The notes under the pieces were generated by a model. It was not told the origin of the DNA, searched no databases, and saw nothing but the letters and a program-made list of their open reading frames with translations. A stretch of DNA of 64,000 bases from Amphiscolops sp. MND2022 (lineage: Eukaryota): contig OZ076413.1 of the NCBI GenBank assembly GCA_964187785.1, forward strand, positions 41,356,001 to 41,420,000, read 5' to 3'. Both the position numbers and the translations under genes were made by a program. Below are positions 1-12,254 of the stretch, in pieces (position 1 is the stretch's first letter; the number at the start of each line of letters is the position of its first letter).

Positions 1-302
1 TATAAACCTGGTGGTAAGCTGACTCAGGTAACCGATAATGTGTTACATCAATTCATTTTCCTTATTTGGAAATCACAGTGAGACAGCACTTTGGTTAATA
101 TAGAATATGACCGTTATAACTTTTAACAAACACATTTTGACCTCTTTCCGAGTTTGTAATTGAGCCAAGATGCTGCAAAGCAGTTGCCCATTGAAGCTAC
201 CCACTTCAAATAAACAGACTCAGCATGATTCCCTTATGTTGATTATTACGTAACTTGTCAGAACAGGTACACGAATGATGTAATTTATGATCAATAAGAA
301 AC

Positions 303-613
303 TGTGGTGACGTCATCGTCACTTGCTGTTATTCGGTAAACAACTACCGTTCGTAACCGAAGAAGCTACTTCAATTTCATTGGTTCCGAGGTTCGGTTAC
401 ATAACACCGAAGAATAGAAACTTTCAATATGCGTTACCGATGAACGGTGAAAGAACTCAAATAAACTCTTACATAATAGACTTGTATTTTAACTGGTGTC
501 AACTATTAATTTGAATAATATTTTACTGTATTGTACGGACCATAATGAAATAAAACGAGAACCTGAATTGAACTGAGTTTAAAAACAAAATCTTTTCAAA
601 CCACTTTACGACA
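303..613 (+). repeat. 5' LTR of Gypsy element 1
   Basis: TGTGGTG...CGACA; direct repeat of 4564-4874; contains AATAAA motifs. Confidence 0.97.
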
Positions 614-615
614 AA

Positions 616-628
616 TGGTGTCCAGACC
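616..628 (+). promoter_or_regulatory. Primer-binding site (tRNA identity not assigned)
   Basis: TGGTGTCCAGACC begins 2 nt after the 5' LTR; TGG is complementary to tRNA 3' CCA. Confidence 0.75.
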
Positions 629-747
629 AACGAAATTCCTTTAAATTTGAAAATTGATTGCAAAAGAAACAGAAGATTTCTTACCGTTATTTCATTTCAA
701 CCGAAAGGGAGAAGATTATATTCAGTTCGTTCGGTGGAAATATTGAA

Positions 748-3700
748 ATGCAAGCAACCGAGACAAAAAAGCAACTCAATCTGCACGAACCCGAAGCTGC
801 TCTAGCCTGGATAGACGCATTCAAAGCGCGATGTCGGGCCGAAAAGAAAGCAGATAAACCGGCAGCTGGAACAACACCGGCCGATTTACAAGTAACGGAT
901 CAATTTCTTTTCCGTTGCGGTGTGGAAAGTCTTATGAAGGTCAAGTCGCTTGTTGCACCGACAAAAGTGGAAACAATGGCTTTCAATGAAATTGAAACGG
1001 TACTGGAAAATTACCTGCAGCCTAGAAAAAGACTTGTTATTGCCGAACAAACAAAATTCGTGGCTATTACCCAGAGGAATGGAGAATCATCGGGAGATTT
1101 TCTGGCACGTCTGAAGGAAGCAGCACGATATTGTGAGTTCGGTAATTTGAAAACTATCGCTGATCCCGAAGCTTACATGATACGGTTACGTTTTATTGCT
1201 GGATTACAAAATTCCGAACACAAATTAAAAGTGTTGGAACATCTTCAACAAAACCCAGACGCTACAATAGACGACATTTTGTTGGTTATTCAGCAGCGTG
1301 AACAAACCGTACAGTTTGTGAATAAACAGAACGAACCGACTGAAACAGTTTCATTTGCGCGGAACGGTCAATTACGAAAGAAGACAACCGGAAATGGCAA
1401 AATTTCAACCGGCATCCACCACAAAGCCAAAGAATGTCCGAAATGCGGAACGAGGCATGAACCAAGGAGTTGTCCGGCCTTCGGCAAAACATGCAACAAC
1501 TGCAAGAAGCCGAACCATTTCGCAAAAGTGTGTCGGGTGAAGAAACAAACAAACCATTTTGTTGGAAAAGAAGCCAATATCGAAGAAAACAATGGCAGTA
1601 ACTCCGATTATTCGTATTTTATTGGGCATACCGACTATATCAAGAATGGTACAATGGAGAAAATCAAAGTGAACGGTATAGAAATATCAATGATGAAAGA
1701 CACTGGAGCATCACTGACGCTGATTTCAAAGAAGCTGTGGAAGCAAATTGGGCAACCGAAACTTGAAGAAAAGAACACGGGAATCGAAACATATGACAAG
1801 CATAAAATGAAATATCTCGGTGCTTTCTTTTCGACGGTGCTTTATAATAACAAACAACTAAATGTAAACATTGCTGTTGTTGATGCTGATAGAAACTTTG
1901 GTTTATTGGGACGTGATATATTGAATAATTGCAAAGAGTCCATTGAACGGTGCTTCAAAGCAGAAGTATTCGAAAAGTTATCAACAGTGAAAGGTGCTAA
2001 AGCTTCCATTAAATTGAAACCCGATGCTAAACCAATGTTTTGCGCGGCACGGAAAGTACCGTTGCCACTTGAACGGAAAGTCAATAAAACCATTGATGAA
2101 TTACTGTTGTTGGGAATTCTTGAACCGGTTGAAGCCGGTGGTGTAGATAATTGTTCCCCGGTTGTGTGGGTGAAAAAAGGTGATAAACTACGAATGTGTG
2201 CTGACTATAAAGTACATGTAAATGATAAAATTAGTACCGAAGCCTACCCCCTCCCTTGTATTGAAACCATTTTCTCAAAAGTGTCAGGCGCTAAATTCTT
2301 TGCGAAAATTGATCTATCTAATGCTTATTGGCAAATTCCACTTGATGAAAAATCGCAATATGTGTGTACAGTGAATACAACCCGAGGCCTATTTCGAGTC
2401 ACCCGGTTACAACAAGGATTGAAAAATGCAGCGGCGATTTTCCAGCAAGCTATCGAAGAAGTGCTCAAAGGACTGGATGGTTGCGTCGCATATCAAGACG
2501 ATATCTTGTTGTTCGGTGTAACCGAGGCCGAACTCCGGAAAAGATACAATGCGGTCAAAGAACGGCTGGCAGCAAAGAACTTCACCGTGAATGAAGACAA
2601 GTGCGTATCATTCTCGACAACGTTATCCTTTTTGGGCTACGAAATTTCATCGGAAGGAGTAAAGCCGGAACAGAAGCACGTTCAAAAACTTCTTCAACTG
2701 CAGCCACCGAAGGATGTCAAAGAAGTTGAAGCTTTTATCGGACTTATCAACTACTTTGGGCGAATGATTCCAAACTATGCAGCCAAGACGCGGTGTATCA
2801 ATGAACTCCGACAAAAAGATAAACCTTTCAAGTGGACCGATGAATGTCAAAGGGCATTCCAGTCACTGGTAGATGAGCTTACAAGTGAACCATTGGTACA
2901 ACCGTACACATTGGACAAAGAAGTAACTATAACAACTGATGCATCCGAAAAAACCATTGGTGGTGTATTGACGCAGAATGATCACCCGGTTATCTACATA
3001 TCTCGAAACTTGACATCGGCAGAACAGAAATATAGCAACATTGAACGGGAAGCGCTTGCTGTAGTATTCGCAGTGACACGACTTCGACAATTTCTATTGG
3101 GGAGGAAGTTCACTTTGAGAACAGATCACAAGCCACTACAATATATCTTTAATCCGAGCACCCAGATACCGAAAGTTGTATCAGCGAGACTTGCGCGATG
3201 GGCAATAACGCTGATGGCCTATGACTATGATGTACAATACACTCCCGGTCAAGATATTGGTCATGCGGATGCAATGTCACGCTTACGGTTCAAAGACGAT
3301 GAGGACGACTTAGTTGCGGTAGCAATGGCTACATTCGAGAAACCCGTGATTGATGTCTACAGGTTACGGAAAGAGATGCAATCGAATGAGTTCACGAAAC
3401 GGATGATGAACAGAATCCGAACTGGAAATTGGAAAGACTGTACCAAGATGGAGAAATCTTTTATGAATGTTTCAAATGCATTAACAGTACAAAATGACTT
3501 GATATATAATGGATCGAGAGTTTTTATACCAATTATATTCCGAAAACAAGTGATTGAAAAATTTCACGACGTTCATCAAGGAATCAATGCTTTGAAAAAC
3601 TTGGTGAAAAATAATGCGTGGTGGCCGTTTATGGACAACGATATTGAACAATTTGTCAAAAACTGTCCCGAATGCAGCAAAAACCGACCGAGACTGATCG

Positions 3701-4545
3701 ATTCTACCGACAAATGGGAAGAATGCGCTCCGTGGGAAAGACTGCATATGGACTGGCTTTATGAAGCAGAACACGGTAACATTCTGATCATTGCTGACGC
3801 TGGGTCCGGTTGGCTGGAAGCTTTCCCGTGCACGGACCGATCAACGCGGAACGTGGTCAGATGTCTCCGAACAATCTTTTCTCGGTTTGGAATACCATAT
3901 ACGGTTGTGTCCGATAACGGAAAGGAGTTTGTATCCAAAGACCTGAAAGACTGGTTGGCAGCACAAGGATGCAAAAAGATTGACACACCTTTGTATTCAC
4001 CGAGAAGCAATGGACTGGCCGAGAGAGCAGTTCAAACATTGAAAAGAAGCCTGAAATTTTACAATAAAGACATTGGATGTTCATTGACTACTTATATTGA
4101 TAAAATTTTGTTCAGTCATCGAAATTCTTCAAATGCTAGAGGTGACACTCCTGCCAAATTACTACTTGGAAAAAACTTGAGAAACCCTGTTGTTGGATTT
4201 TATGAAGTTGGTGAAAAAGTGATGTACAAACCCACTTCAAACCATGAGCCGAAAGAACTGACCTACATTATACGGAAAGGACGAAACACGGCCTGGCTTC
4301 ATGACAACAACCGAACAATTTTGGCTAGTGACGGACAAATCGCACCGCTACCATCATCAAGCGTAGTGAATGTAGAACATCAACCGAACATTGGACATGA
4401 TGCTATTCAAGATCCAGTCACCCCGAAGACTAGTAACGCTGATAACTTAAGTCCGGTGCTGACCGAAGAACATACCGCAGTAACCAATGATAGACCGAAA
4501 CGACTACGAACCCAAACCCAGAAGTATCAAGCAGGATTCGCATGA
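748..4545 (+). CDS. Gag-Pol polyprotein (two zinc knuckles, aspartic protease, RT, RNase H, integrase)
   Basis: First ATG at 748 within ORF 658-4545 (658 is TTG). Motifs: CPKCGTRHEPRSC and CNNCKKPNHFAKVC; DTGA protease; YQDD RT; TDAS/EREALA/TDHKPL RNase H; HDVH..CPEC and DDE (MDW, SDNG, AERAV) integrase. Confidence 0.96.
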   Translation: MQATETKKQLNLHEPEAALAWIDAFKARCRAEKKADKPAAGTTPADLQVTDQFLFRCGVESLMKVKSLVAPTKVETMAFNEIETVLENYLQPRKRLVIAEQTKFVAITQRNGESSGDFLARLKEAARYCEFGNLKTIADPEAYMIRLRFIAGLQNSEHKLKVLEHLQQNPDATIDDILLVIQQREQTVQFVNKQNEPTETVSFARNGQLRKKTTGNGKISTGIHHKAKECPKCGTRHEPRSCPAFGKTCNNCKKPNHFAKVCRVKKQTNHFVGKEANIEENNGSNSDYSYFIGHTDYIKNGTMEKIKVNGIEISMMKDTGASLTLISKKLWKQIGQPKLEEKNTGIETYDKHKMKYLGAFFSTVLYNNKQLNVNIAVVDADRNFGLLGRDILNNCKESIERCFKAEVFEKLSTVKGAKASIKLKPDAKPMFCAARKVPLPLERKVNKTIDELLLLGILEPVEAGGVDNCSPVVWVKKGDKLRMCADYKVHVNDKISTEAYPLPCIETIFSKVSGAKFFAKIDLSNAYWQIPLDEKSQYVCTVNTTRGLFRVTRLQQGLKNAAAIFQQAIEEVLKGLDGCVAYQDDILLFGVTEAELRKRYNAVKERLAAKNFTVNEDKCVSFSTTLSFLGYEISSEGVKPEQKHVQKLLQLQPPKDVKEVEAFIGLINYFGRMIPNYAAKTRCINELRQKDKPFKWTDECQRAFQSLVDELTSEPLVQPYTLDKEVTITTDASEKTIGGVLTQNDHPVIYISRNLTSAEQKYSNIEREALAVVFAVTRLRQFLLGRKFTLRTDHKPLQYIFNPSTQIPKVVSARLARWAITLMAYDYDVQYTPGQDIGHADAMSRLRFKDDEDDLVAVAMATFEKPVIDVYRLRKEMQSNEFTKRMMNRIRTGNWKDCTKMEKSFMNVSNALTVQNDLIYNGSRVFIPIIFRKQVIEKFHDVHQGINALKNLVKNNAWWPFMDNDIEQFVKNCPECSKNRPRLIDSTDKWEECAPWERLHMDWLYEAEHGNILIIADAGSGWLEAFPCTDRSTRNVVRCLRTIFSRFGIPYTVVSDNGKEFVSKDLKDWLAAQGCKKIDTPLYSPRSNGLAERAVQTLKRSLKFYNKDIGCSLTTYIDKILFSHRNSSNARGDTPAKLLLGKNLRNPVVGFYEVGEKVMYKPTSNHEPKELTYIIRKGRNTAWLHDNNRTILASDGQIAPLPSSSVVNVEHQPNIGHDAIQDPVTPKTSNADNLSPVLTEEHTAVTNDRPKRLRTQTQKYQAGFA

Positions 4546-4552
4546 AGCAACT

Positions 4553-4563
4553 AAAAGAAGGGA
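4553..4563 (+). promoter_or_regulatory. Polypurine tract
   Basis: AAAAGAAGGGA immediately before the 3' LTR. Confidence 0.85.
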
Positions 4564-4874
4564 TGTGGTGACGTCATCGTCACTTGCTGTTATTCGGTAA
4601 ACAACTACCGTTCGTAACCGAAGAAGCTACTTCAATTTCATTGGTTCCGAGGTTCGGTTACATAACACCGAAGAATAGAAACTTTCAATATGCGTTACCG
4701 ATGAACGGTGAAAGAACTCAAATAAACTCTTACATAATAGACTTGTATTTTAACTGGTGTCAACTATTAATTTGAATAATATTTTACTGTATTGTACGGA
4801 CCATAATGAAATAAAACGAGAACCTGAATTGAACTGAGTTTAAAAACAAAATCTTTTCAAACCACTTTACGACA
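4564..4874 (+). repeat. 3' LTR of Gypsy element 1
   Basis: Copy of 303-613, followed by TSD GAAAC. Confidence 0.97.
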
Positions 4875-7800
4875 GAAACTTCCATCAACAGGGCCCACTG
4901 AGTTATCATCAATACTGGCGCCATCCCAATTCATACCAAGGAAATAGGATATGTCACTTTTCCGTGCACTAATTAAGGGGTTATACACTTTTAACTGCTG
5001 TGGCGCCACCTGGGATCAAAAATCATTCCAAGAAACTCGGGAAGATTATACCATCAATTTTACAGGTTTTTATAGTACAAATATCGGCATATTATGGATG
5101 TATACCAGGTGGGTTTCGACATGTATATTTGGATTTGCGTGCACGTGTCCTCATTGGGAGTCATTTTGATTAAATTGTCATTATTTTGTGTCCATTTAAT
5201 AAATCACAAGTCCAGCACCCAGCGCCGTGTCCCCAAATGACAGGTAGTACAAGAAAACAACATTGACAAAACCTTATTTATCGCCCGAATTCACGAGTCA
5301 GTCTGTACGTGCAAGTTGTATGATTAAGATTACATGGAATTACGTTGATATTTCATGGATAAATTTCATGGGAAAAGTTACTAAATTGCGCAATAACTAC
5401 TCTTGAGTTAAAACCAGGTGAATATTGTTGTTTATTTTAACAGGATCCCTTTCATAACCTGTCCCGTCGATTCATAATCTAACCAGCTGGCAGCCAATGT
5501 CAAAAAAGATCTTACAAAGGCCGATCACTAGGGCAGATTACTTTCAGAATCAACAAAGGAAAAATGAGGCTGGGTTATTCGACACTCAACTTGGCTGCAG
5601 CGACTTGGCACCATGGTGTACAGGGATTTAAAATTCGTTTTCAAACGCTGAAAAATTTTTCAATATTGATTTTTGAAACCTATTGACTCGTAGCAGTTTT
5701 CAGAAGGTTTGTGACTACAGCAATAAAGAAACGCCAGGACAATTTTTGTTGAATGAAAACAGACAGAGTTAACTTTTTTGCGGTTACTGGGTGAAGGACC
5801 ATGAGTGAATTCAATTTCGATTCCCGCAAAATCAAGGTATTAGCCTCCGAGTTTCGACTCGAGGGATCATAAATGAATACGTATCTTTAATGCAAGTTGA
5901 TGAAACATGAGTTTCAACCCAAGTTTCATTGAAGTGCGAAACTCGTGGAGTGCTACAGGTGTGTGCCTGTAGGCTTTTTCTAAATTTTAGAAAATTCAGG
6001 GAGCTTGTTTGAGAAATTTTTCTGACATCACCTGAGGTTTCGACCAACGTGTGAAATTAGAAATCAAACCCAAGTTTCATTACATGACCATTTTGTTTTC
6101 ACACGTCCGCTTCTCAACTGAAGGTGATGCCGATTTGCAGTTTATAAGACGGAAGAAGTTGCTCAGCAATAAATTAGCGCAAAAATGATAAGGTGATTGC
6201 CGCATGTCAAAATGGATCAGATGATACTTCGAACTAGCGAGATTCAGTTTTATAATTCTGCCAAAAGGATTCGTTTCCAGGCCACCTGATCAAGGCGGAA
6301 AACAGCATGAAATACTTGAAACATGGAATTTTCAGATGAGTTGATTCTAAAATTGAGAGAAACCTTCGAAAACACATGAAAAGATCAAACATTTTCAATT
6401 ACGGCCAGATCTGCCATATCTGACTGAAGAATTGTATATTGAACCGAATGGTGTGAAAAAATTTAGTGGGTTTCCATCATTTTTATTTCAAGTCGGTTAA
6501 AGTGACCAAAAAGTTCTACAAAACCTTTCTCAAACTTAACATCTAAAGAGGGTTAAAAGGGTTCCCAAAACCTTTCCGTTTCTTTTTTGACATTTTTATT
6601 TGAATTACAAAACTGAATGTTAGTTTTTTTGGAACGTGACTTTTTCATCCAAATTAAATACTCGGCATTTTGTCATTTTCTCTTTGGTCTCTTTCTATTC
6701 TTTTTTAATAGTTATCAATCGATCATTTTTTTCTTATCGACAAAGAGGAAGGCGATTGACTGCTAAAAGTTTAAAAAATCTAATTGAAATCATTTTGCTG
6801 CCAATAGCTCGAGAACAACGCAACTTATACATTGCTAACAATCTGCTAACAACAACCACCCCAAAAAATTGATGCGAGGCGGGTTGTTATCATTGTCCGA
6901 TTATTCCGAGAAATTTCCAGTTCCCAATATTCTCAATTGAAATGTTCCTCTAAGGAAAACTAATACTTATAATCCTTTCAATTTTGAAGCATGACCTTAT
7001 GAGTCGTCTAAATGTAAGAGAAGTCAAAGTCAAATGCGCTTCAAAAGGCAAAGACTGATGATTCATTTTCGATCATGTATAGACGGTTTTTGAAATTCAA
7101 ATGCCAAAAATGACTGATGTATTTGTTTGCAAGAAGTAATCCGATAAGAAATCATCCTATTATGTTAAAACCTTCTTCAAAAAGGATATAATTATGGTAA
7201 TTATACCACTGATGACATTAATTTCTATTGAATTTCATCAAAATCTTTTTAAAAAGTATTATGTTTGCTTTGAAAGCCGGTTATTATTCCGGAATTCAAT
7301 TTTTATTCAAGATATTTCATATTATATCAATTTTCATATTTTATTATCATAACTACCCATTGAAGACGATGCCTTTTTTTGTAAAATTTTCTTAGGAAGC
7401 AAAAAATCTTAGTTTTTTGCAAATATTCTCCACGAAAAAATACCCATTGAATATAACCTTGGCTTTTGAAATCACCAAATTACCGCCATCCGCTTCTTTG
7501 AAGGAGAGTTTTGTTTCAAAAATTCTTGATTGGCATTCCACCGGCTCTTTGCTGTGTAGATAAAACTGTCAAATTATTACGAAAGTATCTTTTCTGATGT
7601 TTCACTGGTTTCATCTAAACTCGATTAGCAACATCAAAAATCCGCAACCTAACTCAGAAAAATAGTTCGGAGATATCACCTTAAAATTTGAATGACTAGA
7701 AATGACTACGTCAATGAATACTAGAAAACAATGACGGAATGTACTGTGGTATCATAGAATAAAGCTATCATGTTGCGCACCCCAGACAAATAAAAACCAC

Positions 7801-8623
7801 CCCAAGAACTGGAAAAGACGTAAGCACTAAAACTAATCTTGTCCTGGAATTTTCCGTTGAAAAGTTGTATTGAAGCCCGTTTTCGATTAAATTAATCAGT
7901 TTATAAATTTATTTTTATTGAACAATGAACGCCTGTTTGGATCATTTCCGTGATTGGAAAAATATTTCGACTATTTTTCTGTATCCTACCTTTCTGTATG
8001 ATTGTCCTACTGCATTAGTTACAAAACTTGATCTAATTTTTCTCGATTCAATAGCGGAGAGGTGAATCGAAGTCTGTCTATTCATAGCAATTAATTCTCT
8101 CTCAGTTGCATAATTTCAAAGCCCCGCCCAATATTCAGCCCCTTATTGAACTCTGTGGGGAAAACGCGGGCATTTATTGAGTCGCGCTGTCACCATGAAT
8201 ATACCCCTGGTGGCTAATTGCCAGAGAATCCCCTGAATAGGGAGGGTGCTAATCAAAGCACGCTTATGGTGTCTAGACACGTCAGACTCCAGATATCTGG
8301 ATTATAACCGAATATATCTGGGTTACATCAAAATATGCCAGAACAGACTGGATAACCTAGCAGTTATCAATTTCGATGAATGGCGGTTCTTGATTGGCAA
8401 CGGTCCATATTCTCTGGCACTGTTTTGGAGGATACCGAGTTAATAGTTTCACGGGAAGTTAAGGTTGGGAGGTCGGCGGCTATCGTTCATAAGATCCGAA
8501 ACCCGAAATACAAATGTTAGTTTTTCTGTAATGTTTCATAGTCCGGATATGGCGTTGTTCGGACAGTTTTATTCTCATGCAATGTATTCGTTTCACGACA
8601 AGATCTGTTTTAACGAAAAACTT

Positions 8624-8766
<143 letters not shown>

Positions 8767-9559
8767 GCAGTGCCAATGTTTTCGCATGTGACGAATTTGG
8801 TTAGAACATTTTTTGACAAGAGATGAGACAAACAATTTGGGCAAAAGCTTGGAAATTTAACTAAATTAAAAATTAATTCACTTCATTAATTAGCTGAAGT
8901 TCCTTCCAATCAACTAGTTCCTTTTTCTTCGATTAAACATCAGGGCTCCTTCGATAGTTTATCTAATTCCTTTATCAACGTTCTGTGGCACTTTAGGAGG
9001 CTAAATTGTTTCTTGTGGAAAATACAGATTTTTCCAGATTCTAAATTCTTACTCGAAATTATGGTTTCAAATCAGTTATAACAGTAAGTCATATAAGCCC
9101 GGATCCTACGTCACAAGCGATTCCATGCAATTCCATGCATGGAACAGCATGGTTCTCTACGATGATTTCATGCGGTTTCCATGCAAGGAATTGCATGGAA
9201 TCATGACAATTTACTTAATTTCTGTCTAGGTATAGAAGCAAAATAAGCTAGCACTTTAATTCGGTGATCACAAATACGAAAAAAAACTTGCATCCGACAA
9301 GGCCCCGATGTTTACATGAAATGAAAATTGATTATTCAGTAGGTTCATAAGTAACGGGAAGTTGCTACAAGGCAAATATCTTGTTACAGTTACCTTAATT
9401 TCTGCAATTTGTTATTGACTCAAAGGAGACAGCCAAATAGATACAGGGTGAGTTGTGAAAGAGCTGAAAATGTGGACTCGCGGAAATACTACGCCTCGTT
9501 AGTTGAGACGGCTGGAGCTTTTTCTTTCCATGCTGCAGGCTTGCGAGCAGGGAAATTTT

Positions 9560-12254
9560 TAGTCGGCGCTTTTCTGAAAAAACTATTCTAAAAAAACTTT
9601 ACTAAAGTCATGGCTTTTCGTAAGTATTTTTTTCGACACACCTGAAGTGGCCAAAATAGTTCTTGTTACGGCTCGCTATTGGAAGTTGTCGCTTTTGATT
9701 TTATAGCAGTTGATGTTGATGCTGGATGAGTATTTTCTGTCTCAGAATCGGTGTCATCTACGTTTTGATGGATGGTTGATTTTTTAACAGTAGGGGCTTT
9801 AACTTTCAACATTGCCTTCTGGTTTTCGGCTGAGAGTTTTGTCAGATCAGACAGTATCTCCTTCCTCAGCGACATTTTCATTTCGTCTAGTTTATCAGCT
9901 TGTATTTTAGGAGATTTGCTGGGTTCTGCAACTAGGTTCACGGTTTGACTATTCTCAGCTACAGAGGCTTCAAAATCTCCTGATGTTAGTTCAGCTACAG
10001 TTTTTCTCTTTTGACTTCTGGTTGTCATTTTTAAAGTAGAAAAGAAAAGGTCTTCGCAAATTTGTGAATTCGTCGAAGAAGTTATTTTACGTTTTATTGA
10101 CGCTGAGTTTAGCAAGTAGAACGATTAACAATTGAATGACTAATTCAACAAAACCAACATATTCATACCCTTCTAGCATCATTTGTTCCTCACCTAAAAA
10201 TTCCTGGGTATCCAAAAAATCGGGTTTGTCACTAAAAAGCCTTGATGATTCTAATAATTTCAGTCCCGCGTCATCGAAATGACTAGTTGCGTCACATTTC
10301 CGTTATCTTTGTTGAAATCGTTTTTCTTCAAGCTAGAACAGTTCCTGTTTGGACTTAAAATGGCAGCAAAATCAAAGCCTGCTTAATTTACCCACCAACG
10401 AATGCACACCGGCTTAGACAATTAGTCAATTTTCAAGCTCTGAATTATGAGGATTGAGATAAAAACGTGACTCGCAAAAATGACAACGCGACTGAAAGGG
10501 AGCACGTGATTTCGATTGTAAAATAATTTGAGTACTGATAAAAAGAACAAATGATGCCGGAATAACGCACTTCGTTTATTGATACAAACTTAAAATGATA
10601 CTGTAAAATTACAACGATTAAATACACAAATCAAAAAGTACTAACAGTTTACATGATGGTGTTGGAATATATCACATGATTGGCACAAAACCAAACACAA
10701 CGTAGCTCCAACGAAAATAACTCGGTATTATGATTAAAACGATACAAAACTTAATGGATGATTATGAAAAATAGCTTGGAACCACATTTTGGGTCAGCCC
10801 TGCCGTATGATTGCGGGCTTATGGATGATACTGACCTTACGTTGCGATCTAGATTATTCGTTAATTCATAACTTCATAGTTGTGATAAGAGATCCAACAT
10901 CGATTTTTTGAAGGAAAGTTGTTTGCAACTTAAGGTGGACGCAATTTCATGATTGGTGTCATAGTTCGAATTAACAGAATATTGAAATAATAAGCACAAT
11001 TTCATCCTTTTTCCTTACAGTACAGCTTCCACTAGTTCAACCTATTCTCAGAGCCCTCACAAAGCATCAAGCATCACTGCCGAGGGAAATTCCTCTCAAA
11101 TCCTTCTGAAATCTTCATTTTTGTAGTTTTAATTTTAAAATCACTCAGTAAAGTCTCCGTACGTACGTAGTAGGAGTAGCTATAGCTAAGCAGCGGTGGA
11201 CGGAGGGGTCGCAGAGTGCGTAGGAGTGCAAATTCGTTCTCTTAGCTAGTGACCTCAAGATAAAAGCATTCTGATTTTACTGAGCGCAAATACCTCAACC
11301 AAGGGACGACGCTATTGGTCAGTGAAAATAGAAACATCGGTTACTAGCTCTGCTGAGTGACGCTGTTATAATGTTGTAACTATTCTCGAATTGCTTGGCT
11401 GTAATTTAAGTGTTTTTTGACAACTACTTCAGTACTGGAACACAATCTACTCTCTTTTCTGTTTGTTTTTTTTAAATTTTAGATCGTATGCGCTCCTTTG
11501 GGATCACGGCTTCAAACATTGTTTCAACGTTTCATTTCCGGCTGCAAAAGAAGACCTTTCCTTTTCTGAATCTTGTCTCTGTTTTGCTATTTAGATTAGT
11601 ATGTGAATCTCGGAAGATACAACCGGAAGTAAGAAAATGATCACCCGTAAGAGTATCAGACCGGAAGGTTTAGCCAGGTCAAAGTCATTTTCCAAAACTT
11701 TCCGTTGTTCTCACGTTGACTTTATTTAACCAGAAAAATCCCTTACAATTTGTCAAGCTTTATTGTAAGTAAAGGTTTAATTAACTCGCTGTTCTAAAAG
11801 TTTCTACCGTGACCGAGGCCCTTGGGGAATCTATGAATGCCTTCGTGGCAATTGAAGCAACGACCGGTAGCCGGTAGTGACGGTTCCACCAAAAGTTTTA
11901 CAAAATTTTGAATTGTACTTGTTGGTCGATGCTACTGAATCAAAAAAGTTTTTCCTTTTTTCCGCGTAGCCTACATTACCAGGCGAGACTAAAGGGTCCC
12001 CCTTCAGTTTTTTTTCGGCAATTCTGCTACTTCCTTTTCGACATTTTTAATTCCACCGACCGTCCCCCCTTCAAAAAATTTGGAGTTTTGGGACAGAATG
12101 GATGTTGAAAAATCCCAAAATCGCCTTTCAGTTTGGTTCGGCATTGTGAGACTTGTTTCAAAAAATTTCTGTAGAAGAAAACATTTTGACACGTTGAAGT
12201 CTTCTTGCTATTTTTTAGCTTTAGATATTGCGCCCACTGGCGCCGGTCCCGGCT
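9560..12254 (+). mobile_element. Helentron-associated (HINE/DINE-1-like) element with ~2.2 kb internal cargo
   Basis: 5' AGTCGGCGCT sub-terminal repeat at 9561; 3' degenerate sub-terminal repeat plus GCCGG-TC-CCGGC hairpin at 12242-12253; T-run flanks; joined flanks match the uninterrupted paralog near 60121-60165. Confidence 0.6.
9666..10028 (-). pseudogene. Truncated ORF N-terminus (MTTRSQKRK...), probably a retroelement gag-like remnant
   Basis: Basic N-terminus, helical segment (LDEMKMSLRKEILSDLTKL) and S/T-rich tail; ends abruptly inside a repeat; no diagnostic motif. Confidence 0.3.

Larger units (their letters stand above)
303..4874 (+). mobile_element. Full-length Ty3/Gypsy (Mag-like) LTR retrotransposon, intact
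   Basis: 311-bp LTRs (303-613, 4564-4874) with TGT..ACA ends, identical by eye; 5-bp TSD GAAAC (298-302, 4875-4879); PBS, PPT and one uninterrupted gag-pol ORF in PR-RT-RH-IN order. Confidence 0.97.

Noticed and set aside
323..514. 63-aa ORF duplicated at 4584-4775
   Set aside because: Lies within the LTRs, starts at TTG, and has no protein features
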